64,000 nt of DNA from NCBI GenBank assembly GCA_963827265.1, contig CAWHAD010000002.1, forward strand, positions 144,030-208,029. The letters are read 5' to 3'. The translations under genes and the position numbers were made by a program. The first letter of the stretch is position 1, and each line of letters starts with the position of its first letter. Shown here piece by piece: positions 20,424-29,361 of this stretch. Source of the DNA: an uncultured beta proteobacterium (GTDB taxonomy: Bacteria; Pseudomonadota; Gammaproteobacteria; Burkholderiales; Gallionellaceae). The notes under the pieces are model-generated. The model was not told where the DNA came from. It worked only from the letters and a program-made list of their open reading frames with translations, and did not search any database.

Positions 20424-21953
20424 TTATTTCCCGCCCAGCTTGATCGCGTTGCTGACCAACTGGTGAACACCGCCAACCATTTTCCTGTCGAATCCGTAAA
20501 TCGGCATGACCTTGCTGAACTGGGTCTTGCAGATGGCGCAGATGACCGCCAAAAAATTGACCCCTTGTTCATCCGCGACCTGTTTCAATACCTCCATACG
20601 CGGCAAAGCACCCTTCACGCGCAAATCCATCAAATCATCAGTCAGCAATCCGCCGCCGCCGCCGCAGCAGAATGTTTTTTCGTGCGTGGTGTCCGGATCC
20701 ATCTCGACGAAATGATTGGCCACCGCTTTGATGATATTGCGCGGGATGTCGAACTGACCACCCGGATAACCTCCCATGCTGGAGCCACGCGCCACGTTGC
20801 ACGAGTCATGGAAGGTGATGATGTGCTTGTCGTTGGCTTCCTTGTCGAAAGACAGCGCGCCGCGTTCGATCAGGTCCCAGGTAAATTCGCAGATATGGGT
20901 AGGCTGCCTGTAGCGGTGATCGAGCTGCTTCTGCAGCATCTGGGCAAACTTGTCGTCCGGATCGGCGCCCTCGCCCACGCCGCTCAGGGTATTCCAGAAA
21001 CTGTAGGCGACGCGCCAGGCATGGCCGCATTCACCGACCACGATACGCTTGACGCCCAGTTCCAGCGCGGCCTGGCGGATACGCAGCGCGACCTTGCGCA
21101 ACTGCTCGTAATTGCCGATGAACAGGCCAAAGTTGGCAGCTTCGGATGACATCGAGGACAGCGTCCAGCTGGTTCCGGTCGCGTGGAAAACCTTGGCATA
21201 ACCGATCAGGCTGTCGATATGCGGCTCGGCGAAGAAATCTGCCGAAGGCGTGATCAGCAATACTTCCGCGCCCTTGACATCGATCGGGAAACGCACGTCG
21301 ATACCGGTGGCCTCCTTCACATCCTCTTCCAGCCCTTCCATGGTATCGATCAGCGCCGGGCCCGGCAGGCCGAGGTTGTTGCCGATCTTGTGGACCTTGC
21401 CGATGATTTCGATATCGTACTTCTGGCCGTAGCCGACGGAATCGAGGATATCGCGTGCCGCCATCGTCACTTCGGCGGTATCAATACCGTAAGGACAGAA
21501 CACCGAACAGCGCCGGCATTCGGAACACTGGTGAAAATAATTGTGCCACTCGTCCAGCACTTCGCGGGTCAGGTCGCGCGCGCCGACCAGCTTCGGAAAT
21601 AATTTCCCGGGCCAGGTGAAATAGCGCCGGTACACACTGCGCATCAGATCCTGGCGCGCTACCGGCATGTTCTTCGGATCCTGGGTGCCGATGAAGTAGT
21701 GGCATTTGTCTGAACACGCTCCGCAGTGCACGCAGGAGTCCATATAGACCTTGAGCGAACGATACTTGCCCAGCAAGTCACCCATTTTGGCGATGGCCTT
21801 GTCATGCCAATCGTCGACCAGTTTGCCGGGAAAACCCAGTGCCTCGTTCATTTTTTCGCCGGAGACGAACGGGCCGCTTCCTTCCATCGCCCCCGGTTTC
21901 AAAACCGGGATGATCGGAAAGACACGGTAGGCGGGTGCGGTGATATCAGCCAT
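20424..21953 (-). CDS. dsrK: DsrK (HdrD-like catalytic subunit)
   Basis: CVHCGACSDKC, CSECRRCSVFCP, GECGH, HDSC, CCGGGGG, CAICK. Confidence 0.95.
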   Translation of the reverse strand: MADITAPAYRVFPIIPVLKPGAMEGSGPFVSGEKMNEALGFPGKLVDDWHDKAIAKMGDLLGKYRSLKVYMDSCVHCGACSDKCHYFIGTQDPKNMPVARQDLMRSVYRRYFTWPGKLFPKLVGARDLTREVLDEWHNYFHQCSECRRCSVFCPYGIDTAEVTMAARDILDSVGYGQKYDIEIIGKVHKIGNNLGLPGPALIDTMEGLEEDVKEATGIDVRFPIDVKGAEVLLITPSADFFAEPHIDSLIGYAKVFHATGTSWTLSSMSSEAANFGLFIGNYEQLRKVALRIRQAALELGVKRIVVGECGHAWRVAYSFWNTLSGVGEGADPDDKFAQMLQKQLDHRYRQPTHICEFTWDLIERGALSFDKEANDKHIITFHDSCNVARGSSMGGYPGGQFDIPRNIIKAVANHFVEMDPDTTHEKTFCCGGGGGLLTDDLMDLRVKGALPRMEVLKQVADEQGVNFLAVICAICKTQFSKVMPIYGFDRKMVGGVHQLVSNAIKLGGK

Positions 21954-21955
21954 GG

Positions 21956-22684
21956 CTAACTCTCTGATTCCAGTTTTTTAGCCCAGGCAGAGATATGGCG
22001 CTTTTCGCGCGAATCATCGGCCTGATTGCGGCTGGGTGAGAAAAACAACCCGGGCGCATGCAACAGCTTGCTGATCGGAAAGATCATCAACAGCAGCGCG
22101 ACCAATGACAGGTGCAGGTACAGCAAGATATTCGAAGGCAGAGTCTGCAAATCGAAATGCATCAGTCCGAGCATGAACCCCTTCACGGCAATCACATCGC
22201 CGTGAACCACAAATCTCATCATCAGGCCGGACAGACCGATCGTCAGGATCAGCACCAGCATCAGGTGATCAGACGGAGTGGAGATGTAGCGGATACGCTC
22301 GACGAAGATGCGTCGCGCCCAAAGTCCCGCCACTCCGAGCACCATGGGGATGCCCGCATACATGCCGAACGGCTGTATGAACGCGACCCAGGACCAGACA
22401 GGTTCGGTGAAATAGCGCAGGTGACGCAACAGGACGAGGGCCAGACTGACATGAAACATCCATCCCAGAATCCACGTCCACAGATTTGCCTTGAACAGGC
22501 TCTCGAACAGGAATACTTCGCGCGTCATCCGCAAAACCACCCCGCCGGTTGAAGTTGGCGCCGGTGTGGTGGGAATCTTCAGCGGAGCCGGAGTACGGGT
22601 ATATACGCTGATACGATACAACAAACCCACAACAAAAACCAAAGTGGCAAAGTAGAACAGGATTGCGAATAAGGTGCTCATCAT
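21956..22684 (-). CDS. dsrM: DsrM (NarI-like cytochrome b)
   Basis: PAPLKIPTTP, FHVSL..LLRHLRY, SKLLH. Confidence 0.93.
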   Translation of the reverse strand: MMSTLFAILFYFATLVFVVGLLYRISVYTRTPAPLKIPTTPAPTSTGGVVLRMTREVFLFESLFKANLWTWILGWMFHVSLALVLLRHLRYFTEPVWSWVAFIQPFGMYAGIPMVLGVAGLWARRIFVERIRYISTPSDHLMLVLILTIGLSGLMMRFVVHGDVIAVKGFMLGLMHFDLQTLPSNILLYLHLSLVALLLMIFPISKLLHAPGLFFSPSRNQADDSREKRHISAWAKKLESES

Positions 22685-22718
22685 GAGTCAGATGTAGTCT
22701 ATCCGTTAAACATCCGGA

Positions 22719-23054
22719 TCAGACGCAACCAGTCGGCTTTGGCAGCCCGGCAATCTTGCAAGCCTGCTTGCCGGGACCATACGGGAACAGACCGTAGAGA
22801 TACTCGCTGTTGCCCTTGTCGGCGCCGAGTTTCTTTCCTATTGCCTTGGTCAGCACGCGAACCGCCGGAGCGATCTGGTACTCCTCGAAATACTCGCGCA
22901 GGAAATTGATGACTTCCCAATGCTGCTCGGTCATTTCGACGTTTTCGGTTTTTGCGATGTACTCGGCGATATCCTTGTTCCAGTCCGCCAGATTGACCAG
23001 ATAGCCCTCTTCGTCGGTTTCATATGTTTTGCCAGCGACTTCGATGGTGGACAT
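22719..23054 (-). CDS. dsrC: DsrC sulfur carrier
   Basis: DEEGYL, HWEVI, LFPYGP, C-terminal CKIAGLPKPTGCV with both conserved Cys. Confidence 0.97.
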   Translation of the reverse strand: MSTIEVAGKTYETDEEGYLVNLADWNKDIAEYIAKTENVEMTEQHWEVINFLREYFEEYQIAPAVRVLTKAIGKKLGADKGNSEYLYGLFPYGPGKQACKIAGLPKPTGCV

Positions 23055-23082
23055 GTTAGTTCTCCTTAAATATCAATTAAAG

Positions 23083-23381
23083 TTAAAGCCAGGATTGGCA
23101 GTTATTATTGGTCGTGGTGAGCTCGACAAAGCCACCGTAATCGACCGGCATGATTCCCGCGATGATGCGATCCGCCAAGTCCGCGAGCATCAAGATCAGG
23201 CTGCAACACATGGATCTTGAAACGCTTCATCGCTTCGCTGCATTTTACTCTCGAATGCGTTGCCGGTTGTGGCAGCATATACCGCATCTTCGATGAGCAA
23301 GATATCCCCGGATGGCCCAACACGCAGGCAACTGTCAAGTGCGCTGTTCATCAGTGGTGATTTGTTGATGATATGCAGCAT
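23083..23381 (-). CDS. dsrH: DsrH (TusB); frameshifts near 23238 and 23177
   Basis: MLHIINKSP, LLIEDAVYAA, DLDARG, VDYGGFVELT..CQSWL over three frames. Confidence 0.88.
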
Positions 23382-23392
23382 TTAGATTCTCC

Positions 23393-23491
23393 CTATAACC
23401 AGCGACTTGGCTGGCGTAGTTGGACAGCCTAGTCGAATGGCTATAACCAACCACTTGGCAACCGTCCTCTGGTTGCGTAGTGGGATGGCTA
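23393..23491. repeat. Two tandem 48-bp palindromic elements between dsrF and dsrH
   Basis: Units start at 23393 and 23441 (CTATAACCA...TGG-CTA); third copy at 55511. Confidence 0.85.
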
Positions 23492-23512
23492 GTTGTTTCA
23501 TCAGTTGTTTCA

Positions 23513-23878
23513 TCAGAAACTCAAGACGACGTCTTGCTGGTCCATCAACTCGCCCATTTCTGCACGGCCCAGCACGGTCACATCCACCAGCAAATCTTCC
23601 TCGCTGAGGCCGCGCGCTTCCATGGACTCTTTTTCGACATACAGCTTCTCGATGTCATAACCCTCCAGCGCACGATAGGCAGGCGAAAAATTCTTGGTTT
23701 CGATGCCCTTGGTCTGCTGGCCCTTTTTCAGCTGGTACACACCGTCATCCAGGAATACCAGGGAAACATCCTGATCGAATGCGGCGGTGATCAGCACCAC
23801 CTCAAGCGATTCCAGCGCGTAGATCGTGCCGTAAGGGGCTTTGCGGTTTACAAACATGAATTTCTTGACATCACTCAT
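23513..23878 (-). CDS. dsrF: DsrF (TusC)
   Basis: KAPYGTIYALESLE, FLDDGVYQL. Confidence 0.95.
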   Translation of the reverse strand: MSDVKKFMFVNRKAPYGTIYALESLEVVLITAAFDQDVSLVFLDDGVYQLKKGQQTKGIETKNFSPAYRALEGYDIEKLYVEKESMEARGLSEEDLLVDVTVLGRAEMGELMDQQDVVLSF

Positions 23879-23889
23879 TCCCGCTCTCC

Positions 23890-24249
23890 CTAATCACCAA
23901 ACACGATCAAGCGATCTGTCTTGACACCCGCTTCAACCATTTGTCCCAAGCCGGAAATCCTGAAGCCCTTCGCCAGATTTTCCTCCTTGATGCCGCGACG
24001 CAAAGCCGCCGCCACGCATACGACCAGATCCACTCCATGTTCTTCGTTGAGCTTACCCCAGCGAGTCACGATATTCCGGTCATCCTGGGGCGGCTCGGTC
24101 AGCTTCGATGCGTTGTTCACACCATCGTGATAGAAAAACACGCGCCAGACTTCATGGCCCTTTTCTATCGCCGCCTTGCAGAACAGATAGGCGGAATCGC
24201 TGGCTTGGTGCTGGTAGGGCCCCTCATTAACGACAATTCCAAATTTCAT
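23890..24249 (-). CDS. dsrE: DsrE (TusD) sulfurtransferase
   Basis: VFFYHDGV, VCVAAALRRG, SGLGQ. Confidence 0.96.
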   Translation of the reverse strand: MKFGIVVNEGPYQHQASDSAYLFCKAAIEKGHEVWRVFFYHDGVNNASKLTEPPQDDRNIVTRWGKLNEEHGVDLVVCVAAALRRGIKEENLAKGFRISGLGQMVEAGVKTDRLIVFGD

Positions 24250-24264
24250 GCAGCCAACTCCCGG

Positions 24265-25359
24265 TTAAAAGCGAATATGTGTGGAAGCATTGAACGTGGA
24301 ACGCGAACCGCGCCAGTCGTCGATCAGATATTTGGTAAACGGCAGCTCGGTTTTCTCGAAGAAGCGCGGCCAGCCGATACGATCTATCCAGTCTGCCATG
24401 CGTTCCCATGGACGGGCATCATCCTTGTACACGTTCAATATCCGCTTCACGACCTCGCCGACCTCAGGCCATCTTGGCGGATTGTTGGGCAGGCCGGACG
24501 CAACCATTTTCATGAAAGTCGGCTTGCCGCGCGCATTGGAATTCTTGCCGCCAACCCAGATCGCCAGCTTGGAATACTCCGGGTCGTTGATCTGCATCGG
24601 TGGGCAGGGAGGATAGCAGGCACCGCAGCACATGCATTTGGTCTCGTCGATCTCCAGCGAAGGCTTGCCGTTCACCATAGCCGGGCGTATCGCCGCAACC
24701 GGGCAACGCGCAACCACTGTCGGCCGTTCGCATACGTTGGCGACCAGATCATGATTGATCACGGGCGGCTTGGTATGCTGAACGATGATCGCCAGGTCAG
24801 CCTGGCCGCCGCAGTTGATCTCGCAGCAGGACGTGGACAAGTGCACGCGATTGGGCATTTCCTCGCGTTTGAATTCCGTGATCAGTTCATCCATCAGGGC
24901 CTTCACCACGCCGGATGCATCGGTACCCGGGATGTCGCAGTGCAGCCAGCCTTGGGTATGCGCGATCATCGAAATCGAGTTGCCGGTGCCACCCACCGGG
25001 AAGCCATGCTTCTCCAGTTCGGCGATCAGCGGGTCAACCTTCTCCGCCTTGGACACCATGTACTCGATGTTGGAGCGGATCGTGAAGCGCACGTGGCCTT
25101 CCGCGTACTTGTCTGCAATATCGCAAAGCAAGCGAATCGTACCCACGTCCATCTGGCGCTGCGTGCCGGCACGCACAGTCCATATCTCGTCACCGCTATA
25201 CGCGACATGATGCAGCACGCCGGGACGGGGACGGTCATGATATTTCCACTTGCCGTAGTTCTTGACCATCAGCGGGTGCAGATACTTCTTGTTGTCCGGC
25301 ACCCCGGTTTCTTTCGGCTTGCGCTTGGCAGCCGGCTTTTCTTGGACAGCTTGATTCAT
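24265..25359 (-). CDS. dsrB: Reverse dissimilatory sulfite reductase beta subunit
   Basis: HTQGWLHCD, SCCEINCG, CMCCGACYPPCP, WERMADWI. Confidence 0.97.
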   Translation of the reverse strand: MNQAVQEKPAAKRKPKETGVPDNKKYLHPLMVKNYGKWKYHDRPRPGVLHHVAYSGDEIWTVRAGTQRQMDVGTIRLLCDIADKYAEGHVRFTIRSNIEYMVSKAEKVDPLIAELEKHGFPVGGTGNSISMIAHTQGWLHCDIPGTDASGVVKALMDELITEFKREEMPNRVHLSTSCCEINCGGQADLAIIVQHTKPPVINHDLVANVCERPTVVARCPVAAIRPAMVNGKPSLEIDETKCMCCGACYPPCPPMQINDPEYSKLAIWVGGKNSNARGKPTFMKMVASGLPNNPPRWPEVGEVVKRILNVYKDDARPWERMADWIDRIGWPRFFEKTELPFTKYLIDDWRGSRSTFNASTHIRF

Positions 25360-25375
25360 TTTTTATCTCCTCGAC

Positions 25376-26671
25376 TCAGGCGGCTTGCTTTTTGGCGTTG
25401 ATCTTGGCAACTTCCTCATCCCAGCCATCGGTGCGAACATACGGATTGGTACGCGGGGTAGAGACCATGTTCGGATCAACATCGACTTCCACACCTTCCA
25501 GGAAATTGATCAGGCCGATACGCTCGATCATCTCCCCGGTGCGCTCGTGCTCCAGTGCGTTTTCCGCGAAGAAGTCGATGGTGCGTTGCCCCAGATCGAC
25601 CAGTTTCTGCACTTCGTCTTCAGTCTCAAGCTTCATGAACGGAACGATCACCGTACCCATCAGGCCGCCGATCTTCAGGGTGCTCTTGCCGCCGATCAGC
25701 ACGGTTGCGCCCTTGTCTACACCGGTCGCCAATGCACCGGTCATCACATTGATGCAATGCATGCAACGCACGCAATCATGGTTGTCGATCTCGATCGCGT
25801 GGGTGTCATTGATCGCGACGCTGGAGATGCTTGAACCCTTCCTGACATCCTTGATCTGCTTCAGCTGCAGGGTCTTGGTCGGGCAACGGGCCACAACGTC
25901 GTTAACCAGCTCGTCCATGCCATGCTTGGCGAACCACTTCTTGGCCATCGCTTCATCGGTGCGAATGTTGTCGCGCCAGGTCCCGATCACTGCCATATCA
26001 GAACGCTGCACCGAATTCATGCAGTCATTAGGGCAACCGGAGAACTTGAACTTGAATTTGTACGGCAGGGAAGGACGATGGATATCATCGAGGAAGGTGT
26101 TGAGAACGTTGCGCTGGGCATTGGCTTCATCGTAGCAGGACTGCTCGCATCGCGCCGCGCCCACGCAGGACATCGAGGTGCGCACTGCCGGACCGGCGCC
26201 GCCGAGGTCAAAGCCCATCTCGTTGATTTCGTCGAAGGCATGCTGCACATTCTCGGTGGTAGCGCCCTGGAACATGATGTCACCGGACTGGCCATGGAAC
26301 GCAATCAGGCCGGAACCGTGCTTTTCCCAGATATCGCAGAATTTGCGCAGCGTATCGGTATCGTAGTGCATGCCGGGAGGGGGCATCACGCGCAGGGTAT
26401 GGAATTCGGTGCAGTCCTCGTAAATCGGCTTGCCGGCTTCATCCTTGAGTTCGGTAAAGCGCGGAATGATGCCGCCGCCATAGCCGAACACGCCGACGGT
26501 GCCGCCTTTCCAGTACCCTTTTTTGGTCCGGTAAGAAGTTTCGAGTTGTCCCAGCAAATCCACAACATAGTCTTTATCCTTGGCCAACTCTTTCAAGCCG
26601 GTCACAAAACTGGGCCACTGACCAGACTCAAGCTGATCAAGGTTTGGGGTATCATGCATCTTCTTAGCCAT
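25376..26671 (-). CDS. dsrA: Reverse dissimilatory sulfite reductase alpha subunit
   Basis: WKGG.VGV.GYGGG, CVGAARCE, FSGCPNDC, CVRCMHC; start MAKKMHDTP after AGGAG. Confidence 0.97.
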   Translation of the reverse strand: MAKKMHDTPNLDQLESGQWPSFVTGLKELAKDKDYVVDLLGQLETSYRTKKGYWKGGTVGVFGYGGGIIPRFTELKDEAGKPIYEDCTEFHTLRVMPPPGMHYDTDTLRKFCDIWEKHGSGLIAFHGQSGDIMFQGATTENVQHAFDEINEMGFDLGGAGPAVRTSMSCVGAARCEQSCYDEANAQRNVLNTFLDDIHRPSLPYKFKFKFSGCPNDCMNSVQRSDMAVIGTWRDNIRTDEAMAKKWFAKHGMDELVNDVVARCPTKTLQLKQIKDVRKGSSISSVAINDTHAIEIDNHDCVRCMHCINVMTGALATGVDKGATVLIGGKSTLKIGGLMGTVIVPFMKLETEDEVQKLVDLGQRTIDFFAENALEHERTGEMIERIGLINFLEGVEVDVDPNMVSTPRTNPYVRTDGWDEEVAKINAKKQAA

Positions 26672-26834
26672 AACAATTCTCCTGTTTTGTCGCGTTGCCT
26701 GGAGCTTACTGCTGGCAAACGATTTAATGACCCGGCAGAGGCGGGAACGTATAATCTGTCTGGACATAACCGCAATGGCCTGTCCATGTCTTGCAGTGTA
26801 TTAGAATACTACGATATATGAGCGGAACCAATCC

Positions 26835-26875
26835 ATCACCCTTAGCGGTTATCTTCTATAACCCTTATGGGTAGT
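26835..26875. promoter_or_regulatory. Paired palindromic operator candidates in the dsrA / cas6-operon divergent region
   Basis: ATCACCC-TTAG-CGGTTAT (26835-26852) and ATAACCC-TTAT-GGGTAGT (26858-26875). Confidence 0.6.
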
Positions 26876-26998
26876 GCCTGGCTTCCCCAAGTAGTATTTC
26901 AAAATCAAGCACATTAGCGATAGACTAATAACTCGAACAAGTTCCGTTCGGAATATGCCCGTGAGCGTTATCAACGAACCGGGCGACTGGAAAATAAT

Positions 26999-27223
26999 AT
27001 GGCGATTATCAGCGAATTGGCAAAACTCAGGGTCCCCTTGGGTGGCCAGGAAATCGAACTGCAACAGATAGATCACGCAGAAGGCGGGATGAGTCTGTTG
27101 CGCCTGCGTATCCGGGAAGGCAAGCGTTTTACCATTTTCGATATCGACCCTGCCACCGCCCGGCAATGGGCAGGCGTTATGCAAGACTGGGCCGAGACAC
27201 AGAAGCCGCAAACAAATGACTGA
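26999..27223 (+). CDS. Small conserved hypothetical protein (DUF6967-like)
   Basis: 74 aa, LLRLRIREGKRFTIFDIDP..A..W; overlaps next gene. Confidence 0.75.
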   Translation: MAIISELAKLRVPLGGQEIELQQIDHAEGGMSLLRLRIREGKRFTIFDIDPATARQWAGVMQDWAETQKPQTND

Positions 27224-27830
27224 CAAGATGCCCCCCGAAATGATCGACCTGATGTTCGAGCTTCAGGGTGAAACGCTGCCCGTCACATACCGTTCTGCGC
27301 TTTGGAATGCACTGCTGGGTCAGCTACCCTGGCTCGCGGATGAAAAGCCGGTTGGCGTTCTGCCATTACAGTCAACAATCAACAGTCAGGGTATCCTGCT
27401 TGCCAAACGTTCCAAGCTGGCAATTCGCATACCGACAACGCTAGCCGAATCGGTAATGACGGGCTTGACGGGAAAGCAATTCGATATATCCGGGAGTGCC
27501 TTGCGACTGGGGAAAGCGAAGACGCGTCAGATTCAGCCCTACCCCACCATTCACTCGCACCTTGTCACCGGCTCTAGCGATGAAGTACTTTTCGTCGATG
27601 AAATCAGGGAACAGATGGAAGCATTGGGCATTGCAGGAAAACTGATCTGCGGCAAGCGCGTCACCGTCGACAACGGACAGCGATCCATTCAGGGTTACAG
27701 CCTGGTTTTGCATGACCTGAAACCCGAAGCATCGCTCTTATTGCAATACGCCGGTCTCGGCGTTGACCGTCAATTTGGTTGTGGTATTTTCATACCTTAT
27801 AAAGTTATTACCGGGCTAAGCGAAGATTAA
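27216..27830 (+). CDS. Stand-alone Cas6/Cmx6-like RAMP protein
   Basis: IDLMF.LQG..LP N-terminus; C-terminal Gly-rich loop GLGVDRQFGCGIFIP typical of Cas6; no other cas genes or array in window. Confidence 0.8.
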   Translation: MTDKMPPEMIDLMFELQGETLPVTYRSALWNALLGQLPWLADEKPVGVLPLQSTINSQGILLAKRSKLAIRIPTTLAESVMTGLTGKQFDISGSALRLGKAKTRQIQPYPTIHSHLVTGSSDEVLFVDEIREQMEALGIAGKLICGKRVTVDNGQRSIQGYSLVLHDLKPEASLLLQYAGLGVDRQFGCGIFIPYKVITGLSED

Positions 27831-27860
27831 GCATTTTTTATTTTATGATGGAGATCAGAG

Positions 27861-28190
27861 ATGAGCTATACCGTAGCAGGAAAAGAACTCGAAACCGATG
27901 ATGACGGCTACTTGCTGGAGCCGGATTACAGCGAGGAAATTGTCAGCATTATCGCGGCAGCCGAAGGTATCGAGCTTACGCCCAGGCATTGGGAAGTCAT
28001 CAATTTCATGCGCAACGAATACCGCGAAAATGGACATACCCCCAATTTCCGCAATATGCTGAAGGGCGTCAATGAATTCTGGCCCGAAGCGGACAGCAAG
28101 GCCCTGTATGATCTGTTTCCGACCGGCCCGGCCAAACAGGGTGCAAAAGTTGCCGGTCTGCCGCAGCCTTATGGCAAGGGCGGATACTAG
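27861..28190 (+). CDS. DsrC/TusE-family paralogue with no cysteine (RspA-type)
   Basis: DDDGYL, HWEVI, LFPTGP, KVAGLPQPYGKGGY; no Cys in 109 aa. Confidence 0.88.
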   Translation: MSYTVAGKELETDDDGYLLEPDYSEEIVSIIAAAEGIELTPRHWEVINFMRNEYRENGHTPNFRNMLKGVNEFWPEADSKALYDLFPTGPAKQGAKVAGLPQPYGKGGY

Positions 28191-28225
28191 AACGGCGATA
28201 TTTCTGGACTAACAGGACATCTATC

Positions 28226-28711
28226 ATGAGTACTCAAGAATTGCACGCCAACGTCAAACTCGATATGCGCGGCCTGACCTGCCCGGCTCCCCTGCTGGGC
28301 GCCAAGCGCGTGGTCGACGACCTGAAAATGGACCAAATCCTGCTGTTGATTTCAGATTGCCCGGGTACCAGGGATGATCTTTTTTCATGGGCTGAGCAGA
28401 CCCACAACAAGGTTTTGAGAACAGAAGCGATGCCGGATGGCGGCACCGGTTATTACCTGATGAAGGGCAAGGGAATTTCGCAACAGGCGAATGTGGTACT
28501 CGATATACGCGGCGTGCATTGCCCGGGGCCTATCGTGGAAGCAAAAAAACTGTTGAATGGCATGAAGTCCGGAGAAATCCTGAAACTGATCAGCAATTGC
28601 CCCGGCATCCGTTCCGACATCGTCGGCTGGGCGGAATCGACCGGAGTCAAGATCGTCAGCACGATCGAGGCCGCTGCAGGCGAGTATGAGTTTTACCTGA
28701 AAAAGGGCTGA
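28226..28711 (+). CDS. Tandem two-domain TusA-family protein
   Basis: LDMRGLTCPAP..SDCPG and LDIRGVHCPGP..SNCPG. Confidence 0.88.
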   Translation: MSTQELHANVKLDMRGLTCPAPLLGAKRVVDDLKMDQILLLISDCPGTRDDLFSWAEQTHNKVLRTEAMPDGGTGYYLMKGKGISQQANVVLDIRGVHCPGPIVEAKKLLNGMKSGEILKLISNCPGIRSDIVGWAESTGVKIVSTIEAAAGEYEFYLKKG

Positions 28712-28734
28712 CCGGAACGACCGGCCCACCTGAC

Positions 28735-29331
28735 ATGCGCATCAAAAGCCAATGGTTCAAGAGTGAACGCGAGAAGACACCGCAAGAGATCGCCGGCGCT
28801 ATGGCCTTCACCATCTGGCGCATCGCCGATAACGCGCTGAAGAATACCCGCAGTGCAAAATTCGAAATCGCGATCGGCCCGCAATATTTTTCATTCATCA
28901 CCGAATTCCTGATATTCCTGGTCCAGGTGGCTGACCGCGTCGCCCATCGCCAATTGTCCGCCGACGACCGCTACGCGTTTACCAGCACGCTGGCCAACCG
29001 CGTTGCCGAAACCCTGACAGAAAACCAGAGCCGCCTGCTGGATGACAACATCACCAATTTCAAGCAGTTGTTCATCGACAAACTCAACCAGCGCGCGGGT
29101 GAATATGCCGAATTCCGCTATGGAGTCGATGGTCCCGAATTTGCATTCACCCGCTACCTTGCGTTCTGCATGCGTGAAGTCATGGATGAAAAAGATGTCG
29201 AATGGGTGGTCGACCAGATGATGAGCATCGAAGCACCCAATGCTGTGGACATGGTCGAGAAGACCATGAAGAACCTGTTCGCAAAGGAACCGCCACAGAC
29301 CCGTATCCGCAAAGTCACCAGCGGCGATTGA
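28735..29331 (+). CDS. Conserved hypothetical protein
   Basis: 198 aa helical-looking ORF with host-like codon usage, in operon. Confidence 0.75.
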   Translation: MRIKSQWFKSEREKTPQEIAGAMAFTIWRIADNALKNTRSAKFEIAIGPQYFSFITEFLIFLVQVADRVAHRQLSADDRYAFTSTLANRVAETLTENQSRLLDDNITNFKQLFIDKLNQRAGEYAEFRYGVDGPEFAFTRYLAFCMREVMDEKDVEWVVDQMMSIEAPNAVDMVEKTMKNLFAKEPPQTRIRKVTSGD

Positions 29332-29361
29332 GGAATCTTTTAACCCGGAAACCGCAATTCA

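Noticed and set aside
23393-23491. 48-bp units as a mini CRISPR array for the Cas6-like gene
   Set aside because: Units abut with no spacers, diverge within the stem, and have no leader
23393-23491. 48-bp units as attC sites
   Set aside because: TAAC is present but the far end reads GCTA rather than GTT, and 48 bp is below the usual attC size
26770-26786. Sigma-54 promoter for dsrA (TGGACAGGCCATTGC, minus strand)
   Set aside because: GG-N10-GC spacing fits, but the TGGCAC core is imperfect and there is no activator evidence
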